DNA of 50,345 nucleotides. Source: a virus. Its lineage: Duplodnaviria > Caudoviricetes. Where the stretch lies: positions 1-50,345 of IMG/VR virus record IMGVR_UViG_3300019768_000006; one strand, written 5' to 3'. Shown in pieces: positions 14,734 to 24,115 of this stretch. Every line of letters begins with the position of its first letter. Positions within the stretch are counted from its first letter, which is position 1. Position numbers and translations under genes: made by a program. Under the pieces are notes generated by a model, which had not been told where the DNA came from, ran no database searches, and saw only the letters and a program-made list of their open reading frames with translations.

Positions 14734-16368
14734 ATGAAATATAATTTAAAAAGAAGTAAATTCTCGTTTTCACTAGCCAAGTGGAAAAGCGGGCTTCTAG
14801 GGGCTCTGAGAAAATGTGGATTATTATCTGCTACAACCCCAGAAACAGACATAGTATGTAAAGCAGACAGACAAGCAGTACCTGGTAGAACTTTAGTTGG
14901 TGATGGTGCGACATATTTGGATACTAATCAAATACTAGACGAATACGATACGTTGGTTGTAGACGGAAGGTTTAAATCTACTGGCGGAAGAATGGGTTCG
15001 TTAGGCATAGACGCAAGGTTTTACTTTGGTCACAATTTAACCACATGGATTGCTGGGTTTGGTAGCATAACGGTAAACGACGGAACACCTGACTTATTAA
15101 GGCATGTATTTAAAATAAATAAAAACGGTTTTTATGTAGATGAAAATCTAGTATCTGATTTCTCCGGTTATATATTTAATAACGCTAACGTAATAACCAC
15201 GTGGCTTCTGAATAGAAACGGTAGTGCAGACGCTTGTGATTTTGATGTATATAGCGCTTATACAATCAAAGATGGTGTAAGAAGAGATTTAGTCATAGAA
15301 GACCGTGACGACACAGGTGTTATAGCTCTAAAGAACCCTAACGATAATAACGACCAAATACTAGGCGAGCAGTTTTTAAGCCCAGCAGTACCTACAGTAC
15401 CTAATACGTCTGAGGTTAGTTGGTTTGATTTGTATGGCGGTACGATAGCGGGAAATGGCACACATTGGTACGACCAAGCTAAAACTCAACCAGTACCACA
15501 AGGCACTCTAATGTCAGCTAGTAAAAGTGGTTACTTATACACCTATGACATTAATGGTGAGCATCCTATAGCTGATAGCGTTGGTGAGATTAAGAAGAAT
15601 GCTAGGGTTGTTGATGGAGTGGTAGCATTTAACGTATTAGATTACACACCAGAAAGTGGGACAGACCAAAGTATAGAAACAGAAATAAATAAGGTTACTG
15701 TTTTTGAAAAAGATGCGGACTCTTTTTCTAGGTATCAAAGTGGTTTGGTACAGCTTAAACCTAGTACTCAGTATACAATTAAATCGTCCATGACAACTTT
15801 AGTCGGCGTAACAGAGGGTTTCGTACTCATATTAGATGAGTCAAACACACAAATAGGAAGTATGACATTTACTTCTGATTCGACTATGACAGATACTTTC
15901 ACTACAACAGTAGATGGCAGAGTTTCTTTTGAATTTTATGCAACAGGTGCAACTATTACTGCTGGAACAAAGCAATATGATACAAAAGTATTTGAAGGTA
16001 CTACAGAACCTACAAATGGTGTATTTGAATCTGGTAACTCTATTATTAAGACTCAACAGTATAATGGTGAAGTTAAATATGATACTAACAACATTTTATA
16101 TAACGCTGACGGTAGTCCTAAAGTTATCTCGTTTGACGACCTTGATAATATCGTAGGAAATCAATTATATGTATCAGAGGACAAGCAAACTATACTATTC
16201 TTTGAAGAACCGTTAACAGGTGAATGTGACCACAAAGCACGTAGATATGTAGATATAAATGAACAATTTATGGTAGAAACTTCAGAAGGTTCTGGAGAGT
16301 ATGAACCATTCTTAGTAGATGGTGAAGAGCTTTGGGTATTAAAAGAAGGGGTGACAATAGATGAGTAG
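14734..16368 (+). CDS. putative structural / receptor-binding protein (beta-rich, lectin/CBM-like)
   Basis: 544 aa, T/G/D-rich; YLDTN, RHVFKIN, LKPSTQYTI and FEGTTEPT motifs typical of phage LamG/CBM-like domains. Confidence 0.55.
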   Translation: MKYNLKRSKFSFSLAKWKSGLLGALRKCGLLSATTPETDIVCKADRQAVPGRTLVGDGATYLDTNQILDEYDTLVVDGRFKSTGGRMGSLGIDARFYFGHNLTTWIAGFGSITVNDGTPDLLRHVFKINKNGFYVDENLVSDFSGYIFNNANVITTWLLNRNGSADACDFDVYSAYTIKDGVRRDLVIEDRDDTGVIALKNPNDNNDQILGEQFLSPAVPTVPNTSEVSWFDLYGGTIAGNGTHWYDQAKTQPVPQGTLMSASKSGYLYTYDINGEHPIADSVGEIKKNARVVDGVVAFNVLDYTPESGTDQSIETEINKVTVFEKDADSFSRYQSGLVQLKPSTQYTIKSSMTTLVGVTEGFVLILDESNTQIGSMTFTSDSTMTDTFTTTVDGRVSFEFYATGATITAGTKQYDTKVFEGTTEPTNGVFESGNSIIKTQQYNGEVKYDTNNILYNADGSPKVISFDDLDNIVGNQLYVSEDKQTILFFEEPLTGECDHKARRYVDINEQFMVETSEGSGEYEPFLVDGEELWVLKEGVTIDE

Positions 16369-16379
16369 GAGGCGAGAAA

Positions 16380-16850
16380 ATGGCTTATAATAGTAATTAC
16401 ACAGGTAAACAATTTGATAGATTGAAAGATTTGGGATTTGTATCATTATCAGCACAATCAGCTTTGACAATGACATTAGCTGATACGTATTATGCAATTC
16501 CTGGAACATTTGTAGATGGAGGACTTTCTAATATGTTTACATCTAACGCAGATGGAAGCATGACATACAATGGTGAGGATGGTGCGGTAAGGTTTGATGG
16601 GACTAGTGATATCTCTATCGACGCTACTGCTCCAGTAGATGTAATATATGTATTATATAAAAATGGTTCGCCATTGTTAGAAACAGAAACACCACATGGA
16701 TTTACAGCTCAATCAAAAACTGAGAATGTATCTATAACTGGTGTGTTAGATATTGCTAATGGAGATACATTTCAAATATATGCAAAATGTGATACAGCTG
16801 GAAAAACATTAACTACTGAAACTCTAAATGTAGTTGTTCAAGGTGCATAA
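16380..16850 (+). CDS. putative structural protein (C1q/BclA-C-like jelly roll)
   Basis: LYKNG...SITGVLDIANGDTFQIY pattern. Confidence 0.55.
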   Translation: MAYNSNYTGKQFDRLKDLGFVSLSAQSALTMTLADTYYAIPGTFVDGGLSNMFTSNADGSMTYNGEDGAVRFDGTSDISIDATAPVDVIYVLYKNGSPLLETETPHGFTAQSKTENVSITGVLDIANGDTFQIYAKCDTAGKTLTTETLNVVVQGA

Positions 16851-16976
16851 TGGAGGTGAATAATGGTGGATGGTTATTATCTTTATCTTTTACTAAAATA
16901 AAAGAATTAATGGCAATCTTTGGAGATGATCTCGTAGAATACGGAGAAATCCCTCAAGAGTCTGCGGAGGTTTAGG

Positions 16977-18737
16977 ATGGCTTATAAATATAAATGGGAT
17001 AAGAAAACGTTATACCTTATCCCTCCTAAAGGCCTCTCAAGAGAAGAGGTGCTTAAGTGGAGAATAATATATGATAAAAAATGGTATATAGAAAACTTCT
17101 TAAAAATTAAAGACAAGCAAGCTAATCTTATTCCCTTTATGTTTAATAAAGCTCAGAGGTTAGCTTACACAAAGTACCTTGAGTGTATGAGAGATAGTAT
17201 AACACCAAGATTCATATTTCTAAAGAGTCGTCAGCAAGGTATCAGTACTTGGACAGAAGCAATGATGTTTCACGATACAGCTGTTAATAAGTTAAAGAAT
17301 ACTTATATAATAGCTCATGAGGGTGATGCATCAACCAACTTATTTAATATGAGTAAACTGTATTATGATGAGTTGCCACAATTATTAAAACCGCTCAAAT
17401 CAAAATCTAATGAGAAAGCTTTAATATTTGAGAACCCAGATAAAGATGCTGTTGCTAAAGGTGCTGATCCAGGCCTTAGAAGTAAGTTCTCAATAGGTAC
17501 AGCAAATGTAAAAGAAGCTGGACGTTCTGGTACAAACCATAATGTTCATATTTCTGAGGCGGCATTCTTCCCAAATCCTGAGAAGACTGTGGCTGCCTTG
17601 ATACAGACTGTTCCAGACTTTATGAATACAATGGTAGTTATTGAATCTACTGCAAATGGTATTGGTGGATATTATCATGAACAATGGTTGCTTGCTCAAG
17701 AAGGTAGAGATTGTGATTTTATTCCTATTTTCTTACCTTGGTCTTTTGATCCAACTTGTACTAGAAAGTTTAAGAGCCAAGCCGAAAAGGATAAACTTGA
17801 AGAAGAGATAAATATGTGTTATAATGATTATAAAGGTGATACTGTTCATACGGAAGAATATCGTTTAATGAATGATTATAATCTTACTCTTGAACAACTT
17901 AACTGGAGAAGATGGGCAATAGCTAATAAGTGCTTTGGTGATGTTGATATATTCAAACAAGAATATCCAATAAATGACAGAGAAGCCTTTCTAAGTTCTG
18001 GTAGACCTAAGTTTAATATTCCTTCATTGAGACGATATATGTCTATTGTAAAGAATGGCACAAGGGGCTATATAGATTCTAAATTTGGTAAATCAACATT
18101 TAGAGAAGATGAAAGCGGTTATGTTGAGATTTGGGAAAAACCAAATAGATATGATAGTTATTACATTGGTGCTGATGTTGCTGAAGGTTTAGCTACTGGT
18201 GATTATAGTTGTGCTTATGTAATTAATCAACACTTTGAGATTGTTGCAGTATGGCACGGACATATCGACCCAGACCTTTATGGTGTTGAATTAGTTAAGC
18301 TTGCCAGATATTATAAAGAAGCTTTCCTAGGGGTTGAGAAGAACAACCATGGTTTTACAACTCTAAATAAGATTAAGAAGCTTGAATATTGGAATATATT
18401 CTATGAAACTAAATATGATCAAATAGCAGATCGAAGAACTAAATCTATAGGTTGGAGAACAGATACTAAATCTAAACCTCTTATGATTAATAAATTAGCA
18501 GAGTTTATTCGAGATGTTCATATAAAAATGTATGATAAAGAACTTATTAATGAACTGATGAGTTATATTATAGAACCAAATGGTTCAACAAATGCCCAAC
18601 TAGGTTGTCATGATGATAGAGTTATGGCCCTAGCCATAGCACTTCAAATGGCATTGCAAGGACTGGACGAGACCTTCGTACCAGAGAAAAATGTTGAATC
18701 ATCAAATGAAGACTACACAAAAGAAATATCAAGATAA
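16977..18737 (+). CDS. terL: terminase large subunit
   Basis: LKSRQQGIST Walker A, HISEAAF Walker B, IESTANG, GADVAEG...DYS, HDDRVMA nuclease motifs. Confidence 0.95.
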   Translation: MAYKYKWDKKTLYLIPPKGLSREEVLKWRIIYDKKWYIENFLKIKDKQANLIPFMFNKAQRLAYTKYLECMRDSITPRFIFLKSRQQGISTWTEAMMFHDTAVNKLKNTYIIAHEGDASTNLFNMSKLYYDELPQLLKPLKSKSNEKALIFENPDKDAVAKGADPGLRSKFSIGTANVKEAGRSGTNHNVHISEAAFFPNPEKTVAALIQTVPDFMNTMVVIESTANGIGGYYHEQWLLAQEGRDCDFIPIFLPWSFDPTCTRKFKSQAEKDKLEEEINMCYNDYKGDTVHTEEYRLMNDYNLTLEQLNWRRWAIANKCFGDVDIFKQEYPINDREAFLSSGRPKFNIPSLRRYMSIVKNGTRGYIDSKFGKSTFREDESGYVEIWEKPNRYDSYYIGADVAEGLATGDYSCAYVINQHFEIVAVWHGHIDPDLYGVELVKLARYYKEAFLGVEKNNHGFTTLNKIKKLEYWNIFYETKYDQIADRRTKSIGWRTDTKSKPLMINKLAEFIRDVHIKMYDKELINELMSYIIEPNGSTNAQLGCHDDRVMALAIALQMALQGLDETFVPEKNVESSNEDYTKEISR

Positions 18738-18751
18738 TCGGAGGTAATTAA

Positions 18752-20653
18752 ATGTCTGATAATAAACAACCAAATGATATGCAAGAAATGACGATTGCTA
18801 GTTGGGTTACAATGAAGTTTGTTGAAGCTAAGGCTAATAGACAAAGTAGAACAAATCTTGAGAAAGCTTGTATAGATGCTTATAATGGTGACACAAAAGT
18901 TACTAAGCCTGATTATGCAAGTAACCACATCTCAAATTATATACATGCTACTCTTGAAACTATTAGACCTATCATGACTGATAATAACCCAAAATTCCAA
19001 GCATTGGCTAGACAGCCAGATGGTAAAGACAAAGCTGATAAGGTTCAAACAGCTCTTGACTATGAATGGGACAGGGCTCAAATGGGATTAATGCTACCTA
19101 AACTATTAACTACATGCTTAGTTACTGGTACTGCAATAGTATATTTACCTTGGAATAATAAGAAAGATAAGAAAGGTCAAGTTGACCCAATATTGGTTAA
19201 TCCAATGAACTTCTTCCCAGACCCTATGGCAACTACTATAGAGGATGCAGAATATCTTATCTATGCTACTTATAAACCAGTAAATGTTATTAAGAAATTA
19301 TTCCCAGATAAGGCAGAGTATTTGAGTGGTGCTGGTATTCAATATGATGATCTTGTAGCTCAAAAAGTTACAGCTCCAGTAAATAACCAAATACTAATAC
19401 TTGAATGTTGGTGTAGAGATTATACTGAGATGAATGTAATGGATAAGAATGGTAAAGAAGTTAAGCAAAAGAAATATCCTAGAGGTAGAGTTATTACAGT
19501 AGCTCCTAATCAAGGTATTGTTTTAAAAGATAGACATAACCCTTATAAGGATGGATATTTTCCATTTGTGATGTTTAAGGATTATGATGTTCCTTTCCAA
19601 TTCTGGGGAAATGGTGATGTAGAACAATTACTAAGCCCTCAATTCTCTTTGAATGAATTGAACAATGCTATTATTGATAATGCTAAGCTTACTGCAAATG
19701 CTCCTTGGTTAGTTGAGAGAAATGCTGGTATTCCTAGAAACTCTTTGACTAATGAACATGGTTTAGTCATTAGAAAGAATCCTGGTACAGAAGTTACAAG
19801 AATGACAATACCAACTATGCCTAATTATATTCAAGTAAAAGTTGATGAGATGAAAAACGATATTGAAAGTATCGCTGGTATTCATAATTCAACTAGAGGA
19901 CAAGCTGGTGATTCAGTAGTTGCAGCTCAAGCAATTATGGCACTTCAAGAAGCTGGTCAAGCTAGAATAAGATTAAAGGTAAGAATTATGGAGAGGTCTC
20001 TCGCAAAGCTTGCTACTATGTGGTATTCAAGAATGCAACAATTCTGGAAAGATGATAGAATAGTTAGAATATCTGATATTAATGGTAAAGTTACAATGGG
20101 CGAAATTACTCCTCAAGACCTTACAGCAGACTTTGATATTACTATTACAGCTGGCTCAACAATGCCAGTTAATAGAAATGCTATGTTAGACTTGATGATT
20201 AGATTAGGTCAAACTGTTGCTGAAGATGGTTTACCAATGGTAGATAGAGAAGCTATTATGGAGTTTGTTCCTATTAATAATAAACAACAAGTTCTTCAAA
20301 GAATGCAGCAAAGAGCTGAAGGACAACTTCAACAAGAAGCTGAAGCTATGGAGCAACAATTAGAACAAATGATGCAAATGGTTGAAGCTCTTACACAACA
20401 AGTTGAAGTTCTCAACAAAGAACATGAGTCTATGAAACAGTCTAAAAAAGAGTCTGAGCTAGTGAAAAGTGGCTATGATCGTGGCAGAAACTCTCAAGGC
20501 TTGACAGATGACGAAATTTATGGTATAATAGAAGAAGATAAGAAGATTCCTGATGAGATTCTTCAAGAGATAGAAACTCTAAGTGACGAAGAGATTGCAC
20601 AACTGTTGCAAGTCTTCCCGGACTTAGCGGATATTATAGCGAACAACTCATAA
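18752..20653 (+). CDS. portal protein (P22-like)
   Basis: 633 aa directly after TerL; FPDPMA, YPRGRVI, FWGNGDVE, C-terminal Q/E coiled-coil barrel. Confidence 0.9.
   Translation: MSDNKQPNDMQEMTIASWVTMKFVEAKANRQSRTNLEKACIDAYNGDTKVTKPDYASNHISNYIHATLETIRPIMTDNNPKFQALARQPDGKDKADKVQTALDYEWDRAQMGLMLPKLLTTCLVTGTAIVYLPWNNKKDKKGQVDPILVNPMNFFPDPMATTIEDAEYLIYATYKPVNVIKKLFPDKAEYLSGAGIQYDDLVAQKVTAPVNNQILILECWCRDYTEMNVMDKNGKEVKQKKYPRGRVITVAPNQGIVLKDRHNPYKDGYFPFVMFKDYDVPFQFWGNGDVEQLLSPQFSLNELNNAIIDNAKLTANAPWLVERNAGIPRNSLTNEHGLVIRKNPGTEVTRMTIPTMPNYIQVKVDEMKNDIESIAGIHNSTRGQAGDSVVAAQAIMALQEAGQARIRLKVRIMERSLAKLATMWYSRMQQFWKDDRIVRISDINGKVTMGEITPQDLTADFDITITAGSTMPVNRNAMLDLMIRLGQTVAEDGLPMVDREAIMEFVPINNKQQVLQRMQQRAEGQLQQEAEAMEQQLEQMMQMVEALTQQVEVLNKEHESMKQSKKESELVKSGYDRGRNSQGLTDDEIYGIIEEDKKIPDEILQEIETLSDEEIAQLLQVFPDLADIIANNS
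20501..20529 (+). promoter_or_regulatory. sigmaA promoter inside the portal CDS, for scaffold/capsid
   Basis: TTGACA-17 nt-TATAAT with TG extension. Confidence 0.8.
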
Positions 20654-20682
20654 TAAATGGGACTCGCATGGAGGACAATTAA

Positions 20683-21315
20683 ATGACACAAGAAGTTAAT
20701 AAAGCGAACTCACAAGTTGATAGTGAACAATCGAATTTAGTGGAACTTCCAGATGGTACTAAGGTAACTGTTGATGAATTATTAAGCGGTTATATGAGAC
20801 AGTCTGACTACACTAAAAAAACTCAAGCTTTGGCAGACGAGAAAAAAGCCTTAGAGTCTACTAAAGTTAATCAACAAGTTGATTCCACACTCAACTCTAA
20901 TCCGGAAAAGAGTAATGAGGCAGAGGTAACTAAGATGTTCTTAGACATGAAGATGGATCAACTTAGAAACAAATATGGTGAATCATTTGATGAGGTGGCG
21001 GTACTAAGAAAAGCAGCTCAAATGCTTGAGAATGGTATGAAGCCAACCAATATAGATTTTGATTTCATTGCAAGAGGCTTATTAAATAACAACGATAACG
21101 CTGCAGACCTAGAAGCTAAGATAAGACAGAAAGTCTTGGCTGAGATGTCACAAAGTGGCGTTGACACTTCAAGCATAATCTCTGGTAATGGTTCTGGTGA
21201 TATAAACATTGATGATGGTACTTATGGTTTAACGCCAGAAGAACTTGATTATTGTAGAAAGACCGGAGAAGACCCTAAGATTTATGCTGAGTGGAAAGAG
21301 AAACTTGGACGATAA
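20683..21315 (+). CDS. capsid scaffolding protein
   Basis: VTVDELLSGYMRQSDYTKKTQALA motif; located between portal and capsid. Confidence 0.85.
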   Translation: MTQEVNKANSQVDSEQSNLVELPDGTKVTVDELLSGYMRQSDYTKKTQALADEKKALESTKVNQQVDSTLNSNPEKSNEAEVTKMFLDMKMDQLRNKYGESFDEVAVLRKAAQMLENGMKPTNIDFDFIARGLLNNNDNAADLEAKIRQKVLAEMSQSGVDTSSIISGNGSGDINIDDGTYGLTPEELDYCRKTGEDPKIYAEWKEKLGR

Positions 21316-21333
21316 TTAGAGAGGTGAAACTAA

Positions 21334-22299
21334 ATGGCTACAATTCCTGTAGTACCAGTTGCGGGTAATACCCACGAATCGACTCCATTTGCCAAGTTGT
21401 TAGAGCCTAGATTCGCTCGTATATTTTATAACAACTACAATGAGATCGAAGAACAATTTTCAAAAGTTTTTAATGTAAAGACTTCTAATAGAGCAGTAGA
21501 AAGAGAGTATGGCTTAGGTGCATTCAAAGATTGGACAGCTCGTGCTGATGAATATGACACTGTTGCATACCAAAAGATTTCTCCTGGTTTAGAGAGAGCT
21601 TACACTCATACTGCATTTACTTCTGGTTTTATGGTAACTAGAGAGTTATATGACGATGAGATGTACAATCAAATGGACAAAATGCCAGCTGACTTAGCTA
21701 GAGCTGGTAGAGCTAAAGTAGAAAAAGATGCTATCACAGTATTAGTAAATGCGTTTACTGAGGATGCTGGCGGTACTGGCGCTTCTGCTATTTATGATGG
21801 TAAAGCTTTATGTGCTGCTGACCATCCACTTTTAGATTCAGTTGGTACTGGCGACAACTTAGCTACTGGCGCTTTAACTGAAGCAAACTTAAGATTAGCT
21901 ATGATCAAGTTTAGAGAGACTGTTGGTGAAGCTGGTAACTTAATCGTTATGAGACCTAAGAAATTAATCATTCCACCAGCATTAGAATATACTGCTAGAG
22001 TTATTCTTCAATCTCAATTAATTCCTGGTTCTGCTAATAACGATATTAACATTGTAAAAGGCGCTTTAGAAATAGTTGTAATGGACTACTTAGGTTCAGC
22101 TTCTACTGGTAATTCTGCTACAGATGCTTACTGGTTCTTACAAGCTGATATGCACGAAATGAACTTCTTCTGGAGAGTTGCTCCTGAGTTTAAAGCTATG
22201 GAAGAATTTGATAACTTTGTTGCAAAGTACAGGGGATATATGCGTTATTCATACGGAGTTTCAGATTGGCGCGGTGTGGTTGGAAGTACTGGAGCTTAG
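21334..22299 (+). CDS. major capsid protein (HK97 fold)
   Basis: 321 aa; YDGKALCAADHP, PKKLIIPPALE, SDWRG motifs; strongly biased codon usage. Confidence 0.9.
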   Translation: MATIPVVPVAGNTHESTPFAKLLEPRFARIFYNNYNEIEEQFSKVFNVKTSNRAVEREYGLGAFKDWTARADEYDTVAYQKISPGLERAYTHTAFTSGFMVTRELYDDEMYNQMDKMPADLARAGRAKVEKDAITVLVNAFTEDAGGTGASAIYDGKALCAADHPLLDSVGTGDNLATGALTEANLRLAMIKFRETVGEAGNLIVMRPKKLIIPPALEYTARVILQSQLIPGSANNDINIVKGALEIVVMDYLGSASTGNSATDAYWFLQADMHEMNFFWRVAPEFKAMEEFDNFVAKYRGYMRYSYGVSDWRGVVGSTGA

Positions 22300-22322
22300 G
22301 TATTCCGAGAACCACGTAATGG

Positions 22323-22351
22323 TTGACAATATTCATTAAATGTGATATAAT
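22323..22351 (+). promoter_or_regulatory. sigmaA promoter upstream of the HNH gene
   Basis: TTGACA-17 nt-TATAAT with TG extension. Confidence 0.8.
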
Positions 22352-22358
22352 ATAATTA

Positions 22359-22391
22359 GGGAAGGGAGTTAATTCCCTTCTCATTTTTTTA
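22359..22391 (+). terminator. intrinsic terminator after the capsid gene
   Basis: GGGAAGGGA-GUUAAU-UCCCUUCUC followed by A and a U7 run. Confidence 0.7.
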
Positions 22392-22412
22392 TTCTACATG
22401 AGGTGAAAAGAT

Positions 22413-22913
22413 ATGAATATTGTAAAAATGTACACAGAAGAAAATATGTCACTTAGAGCTATCTCAAAAGAGCTCAGGATTAGTAGAGAAAAGGTTAGAA
22501 AAGTTTTAGAAGAAGCTGGTATTGAGATTGTTAAAAAACCTCGATCAGACCTTGATATTTCTGGTGAAACACAAATTAAAAAGAAATATTATATTTATCA
22601 GCAAAATGCTAAACGTAGAGGCTATGAGTTTACATTAACCTATGAAGAGTTTAAAGAAAAACTTTTAGGTAATTGTAAATACTGTGGTTGTGAACCAGAT
22701 ACTCCATTTACCAATTCTCCAAATAGAGAATTTGCACACTATATAATGGTAAATACCTTGGATAGAATAGATAGTGACGAAGGATATACAAACGAAAATA
22801 CTGTGAGTTGTTGTAAGATGTGCAACTCAATGAAATCAGATTTTAGGCTTAAAGATTGGTTTAAAAAAATGAAAATGATTTTAGATTACAATAAAAATAA
22901 TGAGGTGAAATAA
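22413..22913 (+). CDS. free-standing HNH-type homing endonuclease with N-terminal HTH
   Basis: SLRAISKELRISREKV HTH; CKYCG...LDRIDSDEGYTNENTVSCCKMCNSMK. Confidence 0.88.
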   Translation: MNIVKMYTEENMSLRAISKELRISREKVRKVLEEAGIEIVKKPRSDLDISGETQIKKKYYIYQQNAKRRGYEFTLTYEEFKEKLLGNCKYCGCEPDTPFTNSPNREFAHYIMVNTLDRIDSDEGYTNENTVSCCKMCNSMKSDFRLKDWFKKMKMILDYNKNNEVK

Positions 22914-23468
22914 ATGGATAAATGTGTTCTTTGCGGAAGACCAGCAGAGTACTTTGTAAAAGAAGCTATAACTGGCTCAATGCAAACAGAAACAATAACA
23001 GTTACTGGTGCACCTACTGCTGATGGTAATATTACTATTACAATTACCTCTGCAAACCTTACTGGTTCTCCATTGGATACAGTAGTTGCTATATTAGATG
23101 CTGATACTGTTGATGATGTTGCCACTAAAGTTGTTGCTGCATTAAATGCTGTTGAAGCTATCACAGATATATTTAAGGTTAATTCAGCTTCTGCTGTTAT
23201 TACTTTAACTGCTAAGACTACTGAGACCGCAGATGCTACTTTAGCTTTTGCTTTTGATGATACAGATACAACTGGTGCAACTTTTGGTGCTTCTACTAAT
23301 GGTTCTAATATTGGTAGTGCTTTATTAGGTACTGAGAATGGATATTGCAGAATGCACTTAGTTACAATAGTAGATGATAATACTAAAGAATTTAATGTTA
23401 AAAAAGCTGGTTTTACTAGAGACCCAGACATCTTTAGCCATAGCGGTGGTTATAAAGCTAAGTCATAG
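22914..23468 (+). CDS. putative virion structural/decoration protein
   Basis: T/A-rich 184 aa, ETITVTGAPTADGNITIT; GAGGTG RBS. Confidence 0.6.
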   Translation: MDKCVLCGRPAEYFVKEAITGSMQTETITVTGAPTADGNITITITSANLTGSPLDTVVAILDADTVDDVATKVVAALNAVEAITDIFKVNSASAVITLTAKTTETADATLAFAFDDTDTTGATFGASTNGSNIGSALLGTENGYCRMHLVTIVDDNTKEFNVKKAGFTRDPDIFSHSGGYKAKS

Positions 23469-23601
23469 GAGGATAGTTAAATGAAAAGATTAAGTAAAGC
23501 TGCTGTTGAGAAATTGCTAGATAATGCAATTACTGATGCACAAATATTGGAAATCACTAAGGTATTATTATTATATGAAATTTTATCGGAGGTGAAAAAG
23601 A

Positions 23602-24105
23602 TTGACAAGACTAGACATAATAGTAATGGCGGGGATTAGACTTAGAGACCCAGCACATACTCAATATACAATTCAACTGCTTAATATTGCTATTAATCAA
23701 GGTATTGATAGAATCAAGCAAGAAATACCAATATTAAGAACTATGAATTATTTAGACTCTGATAGTGATATTCCTGAGTTGTTACCAGATTATTATCATG
23801 AGATGCTTAGTATATATGCACAATTCAGAGCCCTTGAAATGGACGAAAGGTTGTATGAATCTAGAATAGCAAACAATGAATTTGAAGTTAAGCTTTCTAC
23901 ATTGAAAGGAGAAATAGCTTCTGGTCAAATCATTATTAAAGATACTGAAGGTAATGAAATTACAGAAACTGTTATAAATGAGCAAATCAAGGATACTTAT
24001 TATCAAGGTATACCTTATGACACCACAAAAGATGGTAGATATAATTATACAGATGAAAGGGATGAATTTGATTCTACAGATGATGGCTGTGGAGTTACTG
24101 GTTAG
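23602..24105 (+). CDS. head-tail adaptor protein
   Basis: TTG start after GGAGGTG; LRDP...AINQG...PELLPDYYHEMLSIYA adaptor-like pattern. Confidence 0.7.
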   Translation: MTRLDIIVMAGIRLRDPAHTQYTIQLLNIAINQGIDRIKQEIPILRTMNYLDSDSDIPELLPDYYHEMLSIYAQFRALEMDERLYESRIANNEFEVKLSTLKGEIASGQIIIKDTEGNEITETVINEQIKDTYYQGIPYDTTKDGRYNYTDERDEFDSTDDGCGVTG

Positions 24106-24115
24106 GAGGTGACAT

